This document shows positions 24,889 to 37,071 of a stretch of 64,000 nucleotides of DNA, piece by piece. The DNA is taken from NCBI GenBank assembly GCA_964016885.1, contig OZ024750.1, forward strand, positions 54,560,001 to 54,624,000. The letters are read 5' to 3'. This DNA is from Eledone cirrhosa (lineage: Eukaryota). The notes beneath the pieces were generated by a model. The model worked only from the letters and a program-made list of their open reading frames with translations. It was not told the DNA's origin and did not search any database. A program made the translations under genes and the position numbers. Positions within the stretch are counted from its first letter, which is position 1; each line of letters begins with the position of its first letter.

Positions 24889-25426
24889 TTGTTAATGAAA
24901 TAATGGAAAGTAATTTCAAAGAAGTAGAAGCAACAAACGCATTAAAACCACATTTATTGTTGAATAATGAAAGTATTAAAAACAAAAATGGATTAAAATA
25001 ATAAAGAGGAAGAAAGAAAAGAAGGGGGAGGGGCAAACTTTCCACACTTTACTGGGTGATATATCTCAGCCCTACCCAGTAATTCTCCACCCCTTGGTGG
25101 GTGGTAGTTCTTAGCTGTACCATGTATGAAAATTGAAGTCATAGCCACTGCACAAAGATTGAAACAAAAATAGAATACACCTCAGTTAATCTGTGTTACA
25201 GATAATCACTGAAAACACACCTCTGGCCCGCTACAGTTAGTTAATCTGTCACCTTAGCTGAGCAATGAAAATACACCTCTGGCTCTCAAGTCTTTTAGTC
25301 ACCTGAGCTAAATAGCGAAAACACACAACTGTCTGTTAGTCAATGTCACCTTAGCTGAGCAGTGAAAACATGTGTGGAACATAACATAAAATTATGATAG
25401 AAGGTTTATAGATAAATATAAACACT

Positions 25427-25612
25427 TTAACCCTTCTACCATATTTCTAATGAAATATTTTGATTTATTGATGAAAAATAAGGGAAGGATTTACGAAAAT
25501 TATGTTAATTATTTTGGAAGGTTTTAATTTATATAGGAACCTTTTAAAATGTTTCGTTTTGTTCCATAGAACCAGAGGTAGTTTTGGGCAGGTTGTTAAT
25601 AAAGGGGTCAAA
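25427..25612. mobile_element. piggyBac-like MITE remnant
   Basis: TTAACCCTT...AAGGGGTCAA ends; related copies at about 29157-29550 and 39201-39447 share CATATTTCTAATGAAA-like sequence. Confidence 0.45.
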
Positions 25613-26803
25613 ATAAAAACTTTTGTATCTTAGAGCAAGTGGCAATTTCATGTGGTTTTGTATAAAAAAAAGGGTTAGCCAGCATAGGTCCCGGGTTTTA
25701 AGTTAACATGTTAACTTAATCCATTGTTTCCTGTTGCACCAATCCAGGAATTGGGGTTCCTCCCTCATCAGTTTCAGAAGTAGGAAATCTTCCTCTTCTG
25801 ATTAAACTATTACTTATTTCTACCAACCCTGTTGACAGACATTCCCCTAATCCCTCTCTTTCTCACTCACACATCATTCTTGCTCCATCCCTCTTTCAGA
25901 CACACACACACATTTTCCTTGTCCCACCCTATTGCAGTCTGTCTCCCTCCCTCTCTTTCTCACACACCCCACCTTACTTCATCGTATTGCAGGTACTACT
26001 TGTTCCACTCTTTTGACAAACATCCTATCTCTTTTCTTTCTCCCACATATTTACACCCTTTTCCTTTCTTCCCTCTATTGCAGGCACATTTTGCCCTTCC
26101 CCACCCCTGTTACCAACACACTTTACCCCACAACTATGAATTCCCACCCTCTCACATACATTCCTCAAAAACCCAACCAGAAGCTGGTTTTCATTAAATT
26201 CTTGCTCCTACTCCATTTGATGGAACTGATCTGGTTCCACTTTCATTTTATATAATATCAATGTTATTTGTGTGGGTACATGGCCTAGTGGTTAGGGTGT
26301 TATACTCATGGTCAAAATGTCTTGGGTTCAATTTTTAAGTGAAGTATTTTATTTCACATTGCTCCTTCTGCCAGTATTGGCATTGAAAAGAACCATGGAA
26401 GTATTGTGTCCTTGGTCCAATGTGACGATCAACTCCTTTCCTTCTCTAAATTAATACATGACAATCCAACGTCCAATCCAATCCTGGGTCTTCTCACTCC
26501 TAATGGAGGACCTCCTCCCTGGTTGACCTCCACTGCTTTCTGTTTCGTTTTGGTTATGTCAGGGGTGTAGCCATGCTCACTATGATTGGCCAATTGGTGT
26601 GGATGGCTGTGAGGAATTCATCCACCCTTTGTTCCTACAGTTCCACTTACCCTCTTCACCAGACCAGGGTGTGGTAGGGGAGCCTGTTTAGTCTCTGACC
26701 ACTTGACCATGAAGCAGGTTGTACTGGGTTACATGGTACCAGTAGCAGGCTGACCTGACAATAATCAACCTGGCAATCCAATGTAGGAAGAATTAATTAA
26801 TCA

Positions 26804-28406
26804 TAAAGGGTCATCTGAAAAGTTCATAGGCTGACCAAGGGCATACATCAAAACGGCCGGTCGCAAAAGTGAAACTAATTTTTGACGACAGTTACGTACG
26901 TCATTACTTTCAATTTGGATTGTGAATTTGTTTGTTTTTTTTACAACAGGTCTCAATAGTGAAAGTGAATTTTGTTGATGGTGTTAATTAGTATTGCGTG
27001 TACGTGATAATTTTTTTTAATTCTTTTTTTGTGTATTGTTTGTACGGAAAATTTTTTTTTAAATAATGACATTGTGTGTTGAAATAAATAAATATTGAAA
27101 ATCCTTATTTAAATAATGACATTGTGTGTTGAAATAAATAAATATTGAAAATCCTTATTACACCCTATAAATAGCTGAAATACAGTTGATCATCTCGCCA
27201 AACTTGTTGGCACCAACTCTCTGTCGCCAAAGAAATTAAGGTAGGGTCATAAGAAGGACAGAGAATGATAAGGGATTTGGGTCAGAGAGGCAACTTGGGG
27301 TCAGAAAGGCAGATTGGCGTCAGAAGGGCTGGGAAAATTTTTTTTTTTTTAAAACGAAGCACCGAAGGGCTGGATTGTAATACAGTGTCACATCAAATAT
27401 GGCTGGACGAGTGTATGGTTGCGTTACCTTAGTTGAAGATATTTTGGATACCAATGTTATTCTTAATCGTTTTGAAACAGTGTATACACTGTTCCCGGTG
27501 ATAAACGGTGACACGTTGTGTATGTTACAGTGGTTGGCGAGCCGGCGTCTGTTGGCGAACAATGTGAATTGTCCTGTCTGCAATGAGGCGTGCACATTGC
27601 AAAAAAATTCTGAGGGGATTGATAAATGGAGATGGCGATGCGCCCGCGACAAATTAGTCAATCGGTGCGATGGAATTCTTTATTTTATTGAAGCCGTGTT
27701 CGACTCGAACACCTTATTGGCATTATCTATATGTGGTGCTACGATCATGCCCAAACTGAGATGATGAGAGAAACAGGACTTAGCAAGCTGACAATTATAG
27801 ACTGATGTAATTTCCTTAGAGAAATTTGTGAGCAGTATTTGGAGGCGAATCCTCAACAGCTTGGAGGATTCGATGAGAATAAGTTTGGCGAGTTTCAGCT
27901 ATTTATAGGGTGTAATAAGGATTTTCATAAGGTACGTCAATTTATATTTTATATGCAACAAACGTATAACTATGTAATTATTTTTTTTTTTTAATTTATT
28001 TCTTTCAACACACAATGTCATTATTTTAAAAAAAATTTTCCGTACACACAATACACAAAAAAAGAAAGAAAAAAAAATTATCACATACGCGCAATACTAA
28101 TTAACACCATCAACAAAATTCACTTTCACTATTGAGACCTGTTGTAAAAAAAAAAAAAAAATTCACAATCCAAATTGAAAGTAAGTAATGACGTACGTAA
28201 CTGTCAAAAATTAGTTTCACTTTTGCTACTGGCCGTTTTGACGTATGCCCTGACCAAGATACTCTCAATGAAGGATCAAATGAGATTTATTTTTCATAGT
28301 CCCTGGAAAGAAATGTAGTTATTAATGAGAAGAGTTAAAATTGATGCATGTAAAATTTCACAGCTCTAGCATCAATCCTTCATGAACTTTTCGGCTGACC
28401 TTCATA
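26804..28406. mobile_element. Tc1/mariner-like MITE interrupted by the Merlin element
   Basis: Imperfect TIRs AAGGGTCATCTGAAAAGTTCAT / ATGAACTTTTCGGCTGACCTT. Confidence 0.55.
26840..28249 (+). mobile_element. Non-autonomous Merlin (IS1016/ISXO2-like) DNA transposon
   Basis: About 350-bp TIRs beginning GGCATAC; 9-bp TSD CTGACCAAG (26831-26839, 28250-28258); internal remnant CPVC...DKWRWRC and TIID*CNFLREICEQY...QLGG of a Merlin-type transposase lacking the DDE core. Confidence 0.8.
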
Positions 28407-30109
28407 TGATTGTGCCTACATTAAAATAATCTTAGATTTTCTAATACATACTGTATTGTACATATCCTCATCATTTTTAAGTTCACTTTACCATGGTTAG
28501 ACATGTTTTCTCTAGTACAGCCTCTCTCCACTTGTTTCTTTACTTTGGGACCTGGGGGTCAGCTTTCACTTCTGCCCATGTCTTTCTTAGTCTCTTTCTT
28601 CAGCAACTTCCTTCCACTTGGTACTCCTGATGCTTCTTCACCCAATAATCATCATCCATATGCATTACATGTCCATACCAGCACAGTCTTCTCTCATTCA
28701 TTATCAATGATGAATGAGCATTATGCAAATTAGACTAACCTTTTCAGTAAAGTCTATTTGTGTTTGATATAAATAGTATTTGACTATATATCTCTTTGTA
28801 GATAGAAGGATTTTTTACAGCTAAATTTATCCAAGATTTTCTAATATATTCTGTGTTTTACATATATATTTATTATATGTCCAGGCATGGCTGGGTGACT
28901 AAGGAGTTTCACAACCACAGGGTTTCAAGTTTACTCCCACTCAGTGGCACCTTGAGCAAGTGTTTTCTACTACAACTTCAGGTTGACCAATGCTTTCAGA
29001 TTGAAATTTGGTTGATGGAAACTACAGAAGCATGCTGTATATATGTGTTGTTTAATTTTGTCTGTCCCGTAACTTAGTTGTTCAATAGAGATTCATAAAA
29101 TATCTACCTGACTTTAAAAAAATAGACACTGGGATGGATATATTCAATAACTCCCTTTAACCCCTTCATCACGACATTTCTAATGAAATACATTCTGTTT
29201 CAATTAATTATAAAGGAATTATTATTCTATTAATAAGATAACATAGCATATGGTTCATCATCATCATCATTTAATGTTTATTTTTACACGCTAGCATGGG
29301 TTAGACGAGTTGTCCCATTGTAAGACAAATCAGATCAGGTGACTGTCTTGCTCATACAGAACTGTTTCTAGCTTGGCTTTTACACCTGGATGCCCCTCCT
29401 AATGCCAACCACATTTACAGTGTGGACTAGGCATTCTTTATCATGGCACCAAAATGACCAGCTGGCAGGTTGGACTGGGTACCTTTGTATCGTGTCATTG
29501 GCATGAAATTATGTTAGAAGACTTTTGGAAAGCTGGTAGCAAAAGGTTAAAGGTGATGCCACAGTAGGGCTACAATTTAATGACTAAAACCAGTAATGGA
29601 AAAGAATTGAAAGTGGGGGGCACAAGAAATGTCAAGTAACATTTACCTTGTTTCCATCTCTACCACACAATGTCATTATTTTAAAAAAAAATTTCTGTAC
29701 ACACAATACACAAAAAAAGAATTTAAAAAAATGTAGAGTGCCAAAACCTTATTACCAAGGTGTTGTTGACCTTTTTTATTTCTACAGGGACCCAGTGGGT
29801 GGGGCTGGGTTGACATCAGGCAGCAGCACTGGTGTGTGTATCTATATATACCTGTCTTTCTGATAACCACTCCAGTTATCTCCTCCTGAATTATAATTGA
29901 TTTGATCTTCATCTACTTTGTCTCTACTTGTTATGTTCTTGTGCTTCTTAGCTTGGCTCCCCCAGCCCCTCCTTCTCTTGGCTCTTCCCTTATCTCGGAT
30001 CCCCAGCTTATGGTTTCTCTCCTCTCACTTCCTCCTCCTCTTCATGATAAGTGGGTAGGAAATATCAGGAGAAATCTAATTCATAAGTATCTACTTGCAC
30101 AACAGTCAA

Positions 30110-30165
<56 letters not shown>

Positions 30166-30166
<1 letters not shown>

Positions 30167-30420
30167 AGGGGTGAAGGGTGCATGCATGCAACACATGCAG
30201 TGCATGCATTATAGAATCTTGAATTGATCAATTGCGTCGGTTGAAGCAAGCAGAATTTTGGCTGCTTGCTAAATCGTAGACACATAAAAAGATAACACTA
30301 CATGCGGCTTTGAACGTGAGGGTCATTTAGAGGGAATTGGGGGGTAAGGCTGCACAGCCCCACTTTCTGCCATGGCGATTGGACTGCATGCCCTGCTTTC
30401 CAGGTTACCCTTCACCACTG
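30166..30420. mobile_element. 255-bp hAT-like MITE
   Basis: TIRs CAGGGGTGAAGGGT / ACCCTTCACCACTG; 8-bp TSD ATATATAC. Confidence 0.7.
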
Positions 30421-30517
30421 ATATATACATATATACATATATTTTTAAATCACCTTTATACCTCAACAAAAGAGTGGATCGGAGGAGGTCCAGGTTTGGG
30501 AAGTTATATATATATAT

Positions 30518-30788
30518 ACAACATCCAGCCCGAAACAAATGAGGTCGTGTAGGTGTCACAACAAAAAAGCACACAGTCCACGCTGTAATGTGGCCGTGTA
30601 GGTAACACGGTAAAAACCTCCCAGTTCCACACTGTAAACGTGGTTGGTGTTAGGAAGGGCATCCAGCTGTAGAAAACCCGCCAGACAGTCCTATGCGAGC
30701 AAGACAATCACTCTTGCCTCAAGTGGGAAAACTCCCGTCCAAACCCATGCAAGCGTGGAATATGGACGTTAAACGATGATGATGATGA
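30518..30788 (+). mobile_element. RTE subfamily A 3' UTR fragment
   Basis: Matches 8335-8715; (GAT)n tail. Confidence 0.85.
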
Positions 30789-32444
30789 TACATACATATG
30801 TACATATATATGTATCTATACATACATGAATCATCATTGCTACATATATACATGTATACATATATACATGCATAAATATGTACACACATATGTTGCCATT
30901 ATCATTATCATCATCACTATTCCCACCAAAACCCCATTATCACCACCACTACCACCATCATTATTACAACCATCATCATCATCATCACAACCACTGCCAT
31001 CAACACCACCACCACCATCATCTTCACCACTACTATCACCATTACTTCTTGAATTCAATGAAGGAACCTTCAAATTCCATCTTCTAAAAATATTCTGCCA
31101 AATAGTACAAGGTATCATGCTGTAACAATTAATCCAATCCACAGCATAGATTGGTACTTTATATATTGACTCCAAGAGGATGAAAGGCCAAGTTGACCTC
31201 TGCAGGATTTGAAATCAGCTCATGGAGAGCTGGAGCAAATACTGCCAAGTATTTACTCTGGTGCTCTCTTCTAATTCTATGCATTCTAAATCTAAATTAT
31301 GACTCCTGTCACCGGAAAAAAATGTGATATGGCAAAACTGAAGCCTCTATGATTAAAATACCCAAGAAACCTCCTGCTATTAGATGGGCTAAATATATGT
31401 GTGAGTCATAACAACAATATTGTAAAAAGGAAAATGAAATTTATAGCACATTTTTCTGTAGGTTTAGGTGGTCTCCAACAAGAATTGTATCTCATAGGAG
31501 ATTTTTCAGGTGTGTAAATGATAGCGAACACTCCCATTTCTCACACACAAACATACCTATTTATGTTGTTATAGCTCACAACTATACAAGTTTAGTTGGC
31601 ATGCTGTCCAAGTCCAAGAATCAAACCCACAATCTTAAGATCATGAATCCAACACTCTTACCACTAAGCCACATGCCTTCACCACCATGTAAAAGCTATT
31701 TTTGGTTTTCTTTTTGTTAATTTAAACAAGCAGTTCCGTAGAATAATGAAAGAATAGCAGTTTTATAAAATAAAAGAATAACATAATTCTAATTCTATTT
31801 TAACAAGTTATTAGTTTTAATTATTAATAGAAATGTTTGTTTTACATGTGTTGTATCAAATTGTAATATCGTCACACATAATGCGAGAATTCTTCCATTA
31901 AAAGCTAATTTAACTGGCACATCTAATTCCTTCTATCCATACTCTCTTAGTTCTTAACTTTTAATTCCAGATTAATTCTGGTTCATCACCATCAAATTCA
32001 TTATTATAATTATTATTATTATTATCATCATCACCATCATCATTTGTGTGCAAACATCCAATTTTTTTTCTGTCCATGTTAACATGTGTTAGTCAGATCT
32101 TCCTTACATCTTAGTCTTTTTTCATCTCTACTCTTCAGTACAATATTTAGAGAGCAAACATTACCATTGCTTTCTACATATTCCTGTCATTTCTGTCACA
32201 CTGTCTTTCATATCTAGCCACTCGCTCAGGTCACTTTACTTGTCATCATGTGTCCTGTTTTTGTTTTTTTTCCATGCTGGCATGGGTTGGACAGGTCATT
32301 ATAGACCATGTTTTAGTCATAGATCAGTACTTGAACCTCTCGTTTGGTCAAGGAACCATGTCCTTCTCAGATAGATTCCAGTATTTGGCATGATTTCTAC
32401 AGCTGGATATCCTATCACCAACTATTTTACAGATTATATTCCAA

Positions 32445-32700
32445 AGTCTGTCTTGAGCCCGGAGGCTCACCAGGCTGGTGCCTATCCTAGTTTCTGTGGT
32501 ATTAAGCAACTGAGAGTACAAGACTTCCCCCTCGACAGGATGCCAGTCCATCACTGGTTAAACCCCCAACTACTATTGGTACTCATTTTCAGCTGAGTAT
32601 ACTGGAGCAATGAGAAATGAAGTGTTTTGCTCAAGAACACAACACACAACCCAGTCCAGGAATCGAACCTATGACATTAAGATCGTAAGTCCAACGCACT
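32445..32700 (-). mobile_element. tRNA-derived SINE with CORE-like and V-domain-like segments
   Basis: Minus strand: GGTTCGATTCC B box, TTCTTGAGCAAAACACTT, then GATGGACTGGCATCCTGTCGAGGGG. Confidence 0.6.
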
Positions 32701-33429
32701 TTAAACCTGGCAGAGCCTGCCCCTCTCCAGGTCTAAACACAGTCAATTTCTTCCAGAGAAGCAGTAAGATTGATAGAGAAGAACTAGGAAAGAGATATAG
32801 AGGAAGAATCAACTCCAATATTGGACTGGTCCTTATTTTATCAACCTCTAAAAGAAAGAAATCAAAGTTGACCGTAGCAGGATTTGAATTCAAAGTGCAG
32901 AGAGCTGGAATGAATACTGCAAAGTATTTTATCCAACATTCTAATGCAGCTGCCAATTCATTGCCTCCAACAGATTAAACTCACTTTATTTTTCCCCAAC
33001 CTCTACATGTCTCCCACTTTCAGTACCACATGTTTCACTACGATGTAGGCTTCCATTACACATCCAGTAGATTATACTCACCTCATTTCTCCCCAAACTC
33101 TACACATCTCCCACATTCAATACTCCATGCTTCACAATCAATCATGTAGCATCATGTACCTGAAACTTGAGTTAGTGTATGTCTTAGGTCTTTACATCCT
33201 GCAATGAATTAGCAGAAAATATTTAAAAACATATTTGTTATTTCAAATGTTTATAGTATCTTTACTAGTGGATCATTGTAAACATTTGTAGTATTGGAGT
33301 AAAGACTTTGTAATGTGATGCAGTCATAGTACTGGTTTGTACTTTTCAAGAATGTCTTGCTAATATGGTTTCATGTGTTACAGGATGTTAAGAGTTAAAT
33401 ATCTAGCTACAAGTCACTTGTACTGTGTT

Positions 33430-34610
33430 GTTAGAACGGCAGTGGTGATGGTGTTGTTAGAGTGACAGTGGCGGTGATGCTGCTGTTCTTGTTAGTGTGG
33501 TGGGAGTTTTGTTTGTGTAGTGGTTAGGTGAGGATGGTAGTGGTGTTGTTTGTGTAATGGTGATGTGAAGGGGGTGACAATGTTGTTAGTGTAGTGATGG
33601 CAGTGTTCTTAATGCAGCGGCAGTGTAGTTAGTGTGGTGTTGGTGTATTTAGGGTCGTGGTAGTGTTGTTAGTGTGGTGGCATTGTAGTTGGGGGGGGGG
33701 GGTAGCATTGTAGTTAGGGTGGTGGCAGTGTAGTTAGGGTAGAGGTGGTGTTGTGAGTGTAGTGGTAGTGGTGGCGGTGTAGTTAGTGTGGTAGCAGTGT
33801 TGTTAGGTGATGGGGGTGTAGTTAGTGTAGTAGCAGTGTTGTTAGGGTGGTAGCAGTGTTGTTAGTGTAGTAGCAGTGTAGTTAGTGTGGTAGCAGTGTT
33901 GTTAGGGTGGTGATGGTGTTGTTATTATAGTAGCAGTGTTGTTAGGGTGGTAGCAGTGTTGTTAGGGTGGTGGTAGTGTTGTTATTGTGGTAGAAGTATA
34001 GTTAGTGTGGTAGCAGTGTAGTTAGTGTGGTAGCAGTGTGTTAGGGTGGTGGTGGTGTTGTTATTATAGTAGCAGTGTTGTTAGGGTGGTGGTAGTGTTG
34101 TTATTTTGGTAGCAGTGTAGTTAGGGTGTTGTTAGTGTAATGAGTGTTGTGGTGGTGTTGATATAGTTTGGGTGGTGGCTGTGTAGTTAGAGTAGAGGTG
34201 GTGTGCTGAGTGTAGTTAGGGTGGTAGCAGTGTTGTTAGGGTGGTAGCAGTGTAGTTAGTGTAGTAACAGTGTTGTTAGTGTAGTAGCACTGTTGTTTGT
34301 TTAGTAGCAGTGTTGTTAGGGTGGTGGCAGTGTTGTTAGTGTGGTAGCAGTGTTTTTAGGGTGGTAGCAGTGTTATAAGGTGGTGGTAGTGTTGTTAGTG
34401 TAGTAGCAGTATTGTTAGGGTGGCAGCAGTGTAGTAGCAGTGTTGTTAGGCTGGTGGTTGTGTAGTTAGTGTGGTGGCGCTGTAGTTAGTGGGCTAGCAG
34501 TGCAGTTAGCATGGTGGCAGTGGTGGTGTCAGTGTAGTTAGTGTAGTAGCAGTGTTGTTAGCATGGTGGTTGGTTAGACAGTGTGGGGACAGTGTAGTTA
34601 GGGGGCATTG
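33430..34610. repeat. GT-rich ~20-bp minisatellite (GTTAGGGTGGTAGCAGTGTT-like)
   Basis: Degenerate tandem units seen directly. Confidence 0.9.
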
Positions 34611-35134
34611 GTTGTTTGAGCAGATAGCAGATACTCCATCTGCTAGAAATAGATGCTAAATGTTTGGTTGTACAGTATTTATCAACATCACCATGATCCC
34701 CATTCCCACCACCACTCTCATCACCATGTCCACCGCTTCAACATAATCTCCACCATCATTATCACAATCATCACCACCACTACCATCATTATCTTCACCA
34801 CCACCATCATCATTACCACCATCATCATCATCACAATCATCACTTCCATCATCATCATCATATTTGTCATGTTCAACTGGAAGTAATAGTGTTATTGGGA
34901 TATAGCAGTTAACACTAATTTTTTTATTCAGTAAACAGCCAATGTAGCAGGTTAAAATATCATATACTGTTATTTAACCCAACATATACCAGCCAATCTA
35001 TCATACACATGTTCAATTACTGGCTCAATTAAACTTATTCCAAGAAAATACTATATTTTACTTCTTTTCTACTGTCTGTCTGTATCACTATCTATCACTG
35101 TCAGTATGTATATATGCTTACCTATCTATCTTTC

Positions 35135-35497
35135 AGCGACACTTTGCACAACTGTTCGAGCAGAGCGGTGTGCTGAACGAGGCAATGGACTTCGGTTCAT
35201 ACCTCAATGGCCTGCCGCGTCTCTCGAGCATGGACGCCGAGTTCTGTGAAAGACCGATCACAGCTACTGAGATATGGGACGCTCTAGGCCTCTGCGGGAA
35301 ACGCAAATCACCCGGTCTAGATGGTCTACCCTATGAGTTTTGCATAGGCATGCCGGACTTGTTCTCTGGCGTCCTCGAAGCCATCTACTGCAACTGGTAG
35401 CAGAACGGTAGAATTCCCAGTTCTGCAGGCATGGGCGTAGTAACGCTGATCAGGAAAGACAAGAACAAGGGGGACGAACTAAGCAACTTTAGGCCCA
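35135..35497 (+). mobile_element. Tx1/L1-like RT fragment
   Basis: PITATEIWDAL...KSPGLDGLPYEF...GRIP...GVVTLIRK.....LSNFRP, with one in-frame stop. Confidence 0.75.
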
Positions 35498-35879
35498 GAA
35501 TGTTGAGAAATGACACACAAGTTGATATATATTAGGAAAATAAGAAAAAAGTAGAAAATGCTGATAAGATAACAGCAAAACTTTTTTTTTTAAAGTAATC
35601 TATAGTACCGGTTTCAGCCAATAAATATTTCGCTTTTTTCATGCTACAGGAAATATGATAAAAAGTATATAATAAAATTAAGGTGTATATTAATTGGAAG
35701 AGAACTATTAGAGGACATAGTTTACATATATATAAAAATTCACATTTTTGTTTATCTCTTTCTCTCTCTGCATTGGTGGTTGGTGGTAGTAGCAGTTAAA
35801 ATAGCAGTTGGCTTGTCCCTTGTTACTGTCTGACTGACTTCAATTGCAGCAGCAGTAGTAGAGGGGGAAGAAGAAGATG

Positions 35880-36090
35880 ACTGAGACATGTAGGGAAAAA
35901 TGACCTGGGGAACGGAAATAACGGGCGACGGGTGTATCCAAACCGAGTCATATGTTCCTCAAATGTTCAGCAAAACGGTCCACCAAACGCCGTCCCGTTT
36001 GTCCAATGTATAGGACCCACAAAGGGAACACTGGAAGGCGTAGACAACGTGGGTGGAGGTGCAGGTGAAGGAGTGGCAGATTTGGTCTGT
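35880..36090 (-). mobile_element. PLE GIY-YIG fragment (same lineage as 51400-54130)
   Basis: HSFTCTSTHVVYAFQCSLC / YIGQTGRRLVDRFAEH with a frameshift; nucleotide similarity to 53340-53480. Confidence 0.75.
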
Positions 36091-36362
36091 CTACATGTAT
36101 GTATGTGTCTGTCTATCTTTGGTTATATATGTATGTCTGCCTCTCTATCTATCTGCCTATATATGTATATATATTTACCTGTCTCTTTCTTTGGCTAGCT
36201 CTCTCTCTCTGTTCTATTTATTCTTAAAAGACTCCCCCTACCTCATATCTTTACCCCCAGTTCTCTGTACACTGCACACACACACATACACACCACACAC
36301 ACACCCATTGATCCTCTCTAATATTGTTGCTGTTATTACAATCCTTGTTGTTGTCATTGCAG

Positions 36363-36487
36363 GCGATATATACGATGACACATGTCCCAAAATTGAGAAG
36401 AACAATTTGGATTGTGAGTGTGTTGGTGGTGGACGGATCCTGATAGAGAATTCCAAGAAACATATACAGATATTTGGTTATTCTAAG
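36363..36487 (+). CDS. PHPT1: Internal exon of a 14-kDa phosphohistidine phosphatase (PHPT1/Janus-Ocnus family)
   Basis: ttgcAG|GC GAT ATA TAC...TAT TCT AAG|GTatgt; 125 nt; encodes DIYDDTCPKIEKNNLDCECVGGGRILIENSKKHIQIFGYSK, matching the family motifs DIYD, CECxGGGRI and I.(V/I)(Y/F)GYS. Confidence 0.88.
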
Positions 36488-36648
36488 GTATGTGATGTGG
36501 TGGTGTTCATCCATCATTTGCAGGTATTTAGTTATTGTAAGATATATGATGAGGTGGTGTTCATCCATCATATACAGGTATTTGGTTATTGTGAGGTATG
36601 TCTGGTGTGGTGTAGTGGCATTCAACTATCATATACAGATATTTGGTT
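36461..36648 (+). repeat. 54-bp tandem repeat spanning the exon 3' end and splice donor
   Basis: CATATACAGATATTTGGTTATTCTAAGGTATGTGATGTGGTGGTGTTCATCCAT-like units at 36461, 36515, 36569 and a partial unit at about 36630. Confidence 0.85.
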
Positions 36649-37071
36649 CCATCCATGTCACATCAGCTGTAAACCTAACAGTCTGTAACACAAAGGAGCA
36701 GAAGATAACCAATTTCCAGGATTTGACCCACCACTTCCCTTTTGTGTCACAGTTGAAACCTCTTGTATCCCCAGACTGCCATTTTCCTCAGCAAAATCAG
36801 GTGGAGTGCATCCTACCTGAGGGAGACCCATGGGATGGAATGGCTGATGCAGTGAGTGTCACTGGCTGTTTTTTGAGGCAATGCTTTCACCATTTTGTCC
36901 ATGGTGCCCAACTGAGATATACTGCCCCTCTCTTTCACCTCCCCATTGTTTCTCCCCCACCTCCCTTTTTCTCTCTTCTCTGTTTATTATTTTAATCCTC
37001 CTTTCTTAAATACTTTCATTACTGTAAACTTCTGTTCAACAATAAATTGCTGATATTTGGTTATTCTAAGG

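Noticed and set aside
25690-25775. CUGAUGA...GAAA on the minus strand
   Set aside because: No convincing stem I or stem III pairing.
30878-31087. His-rich and Ile/Thr-rich ORFs (also 34653-34886)
   Set aside because: Products of (CAT)n/(CAC)n microsatellites.
35600-35625. GAAA-ccgg-UA half-hammerhead on the minus strand
   Set aside because: No CUGANGA partner found; at best a truncated remnant.
36053-36688. 211-aa ORF as a complete gene
   Set aside because: Only 36363-36487 has family similarity and splice signals; the rest is low-complexity intron and tandem repeat.
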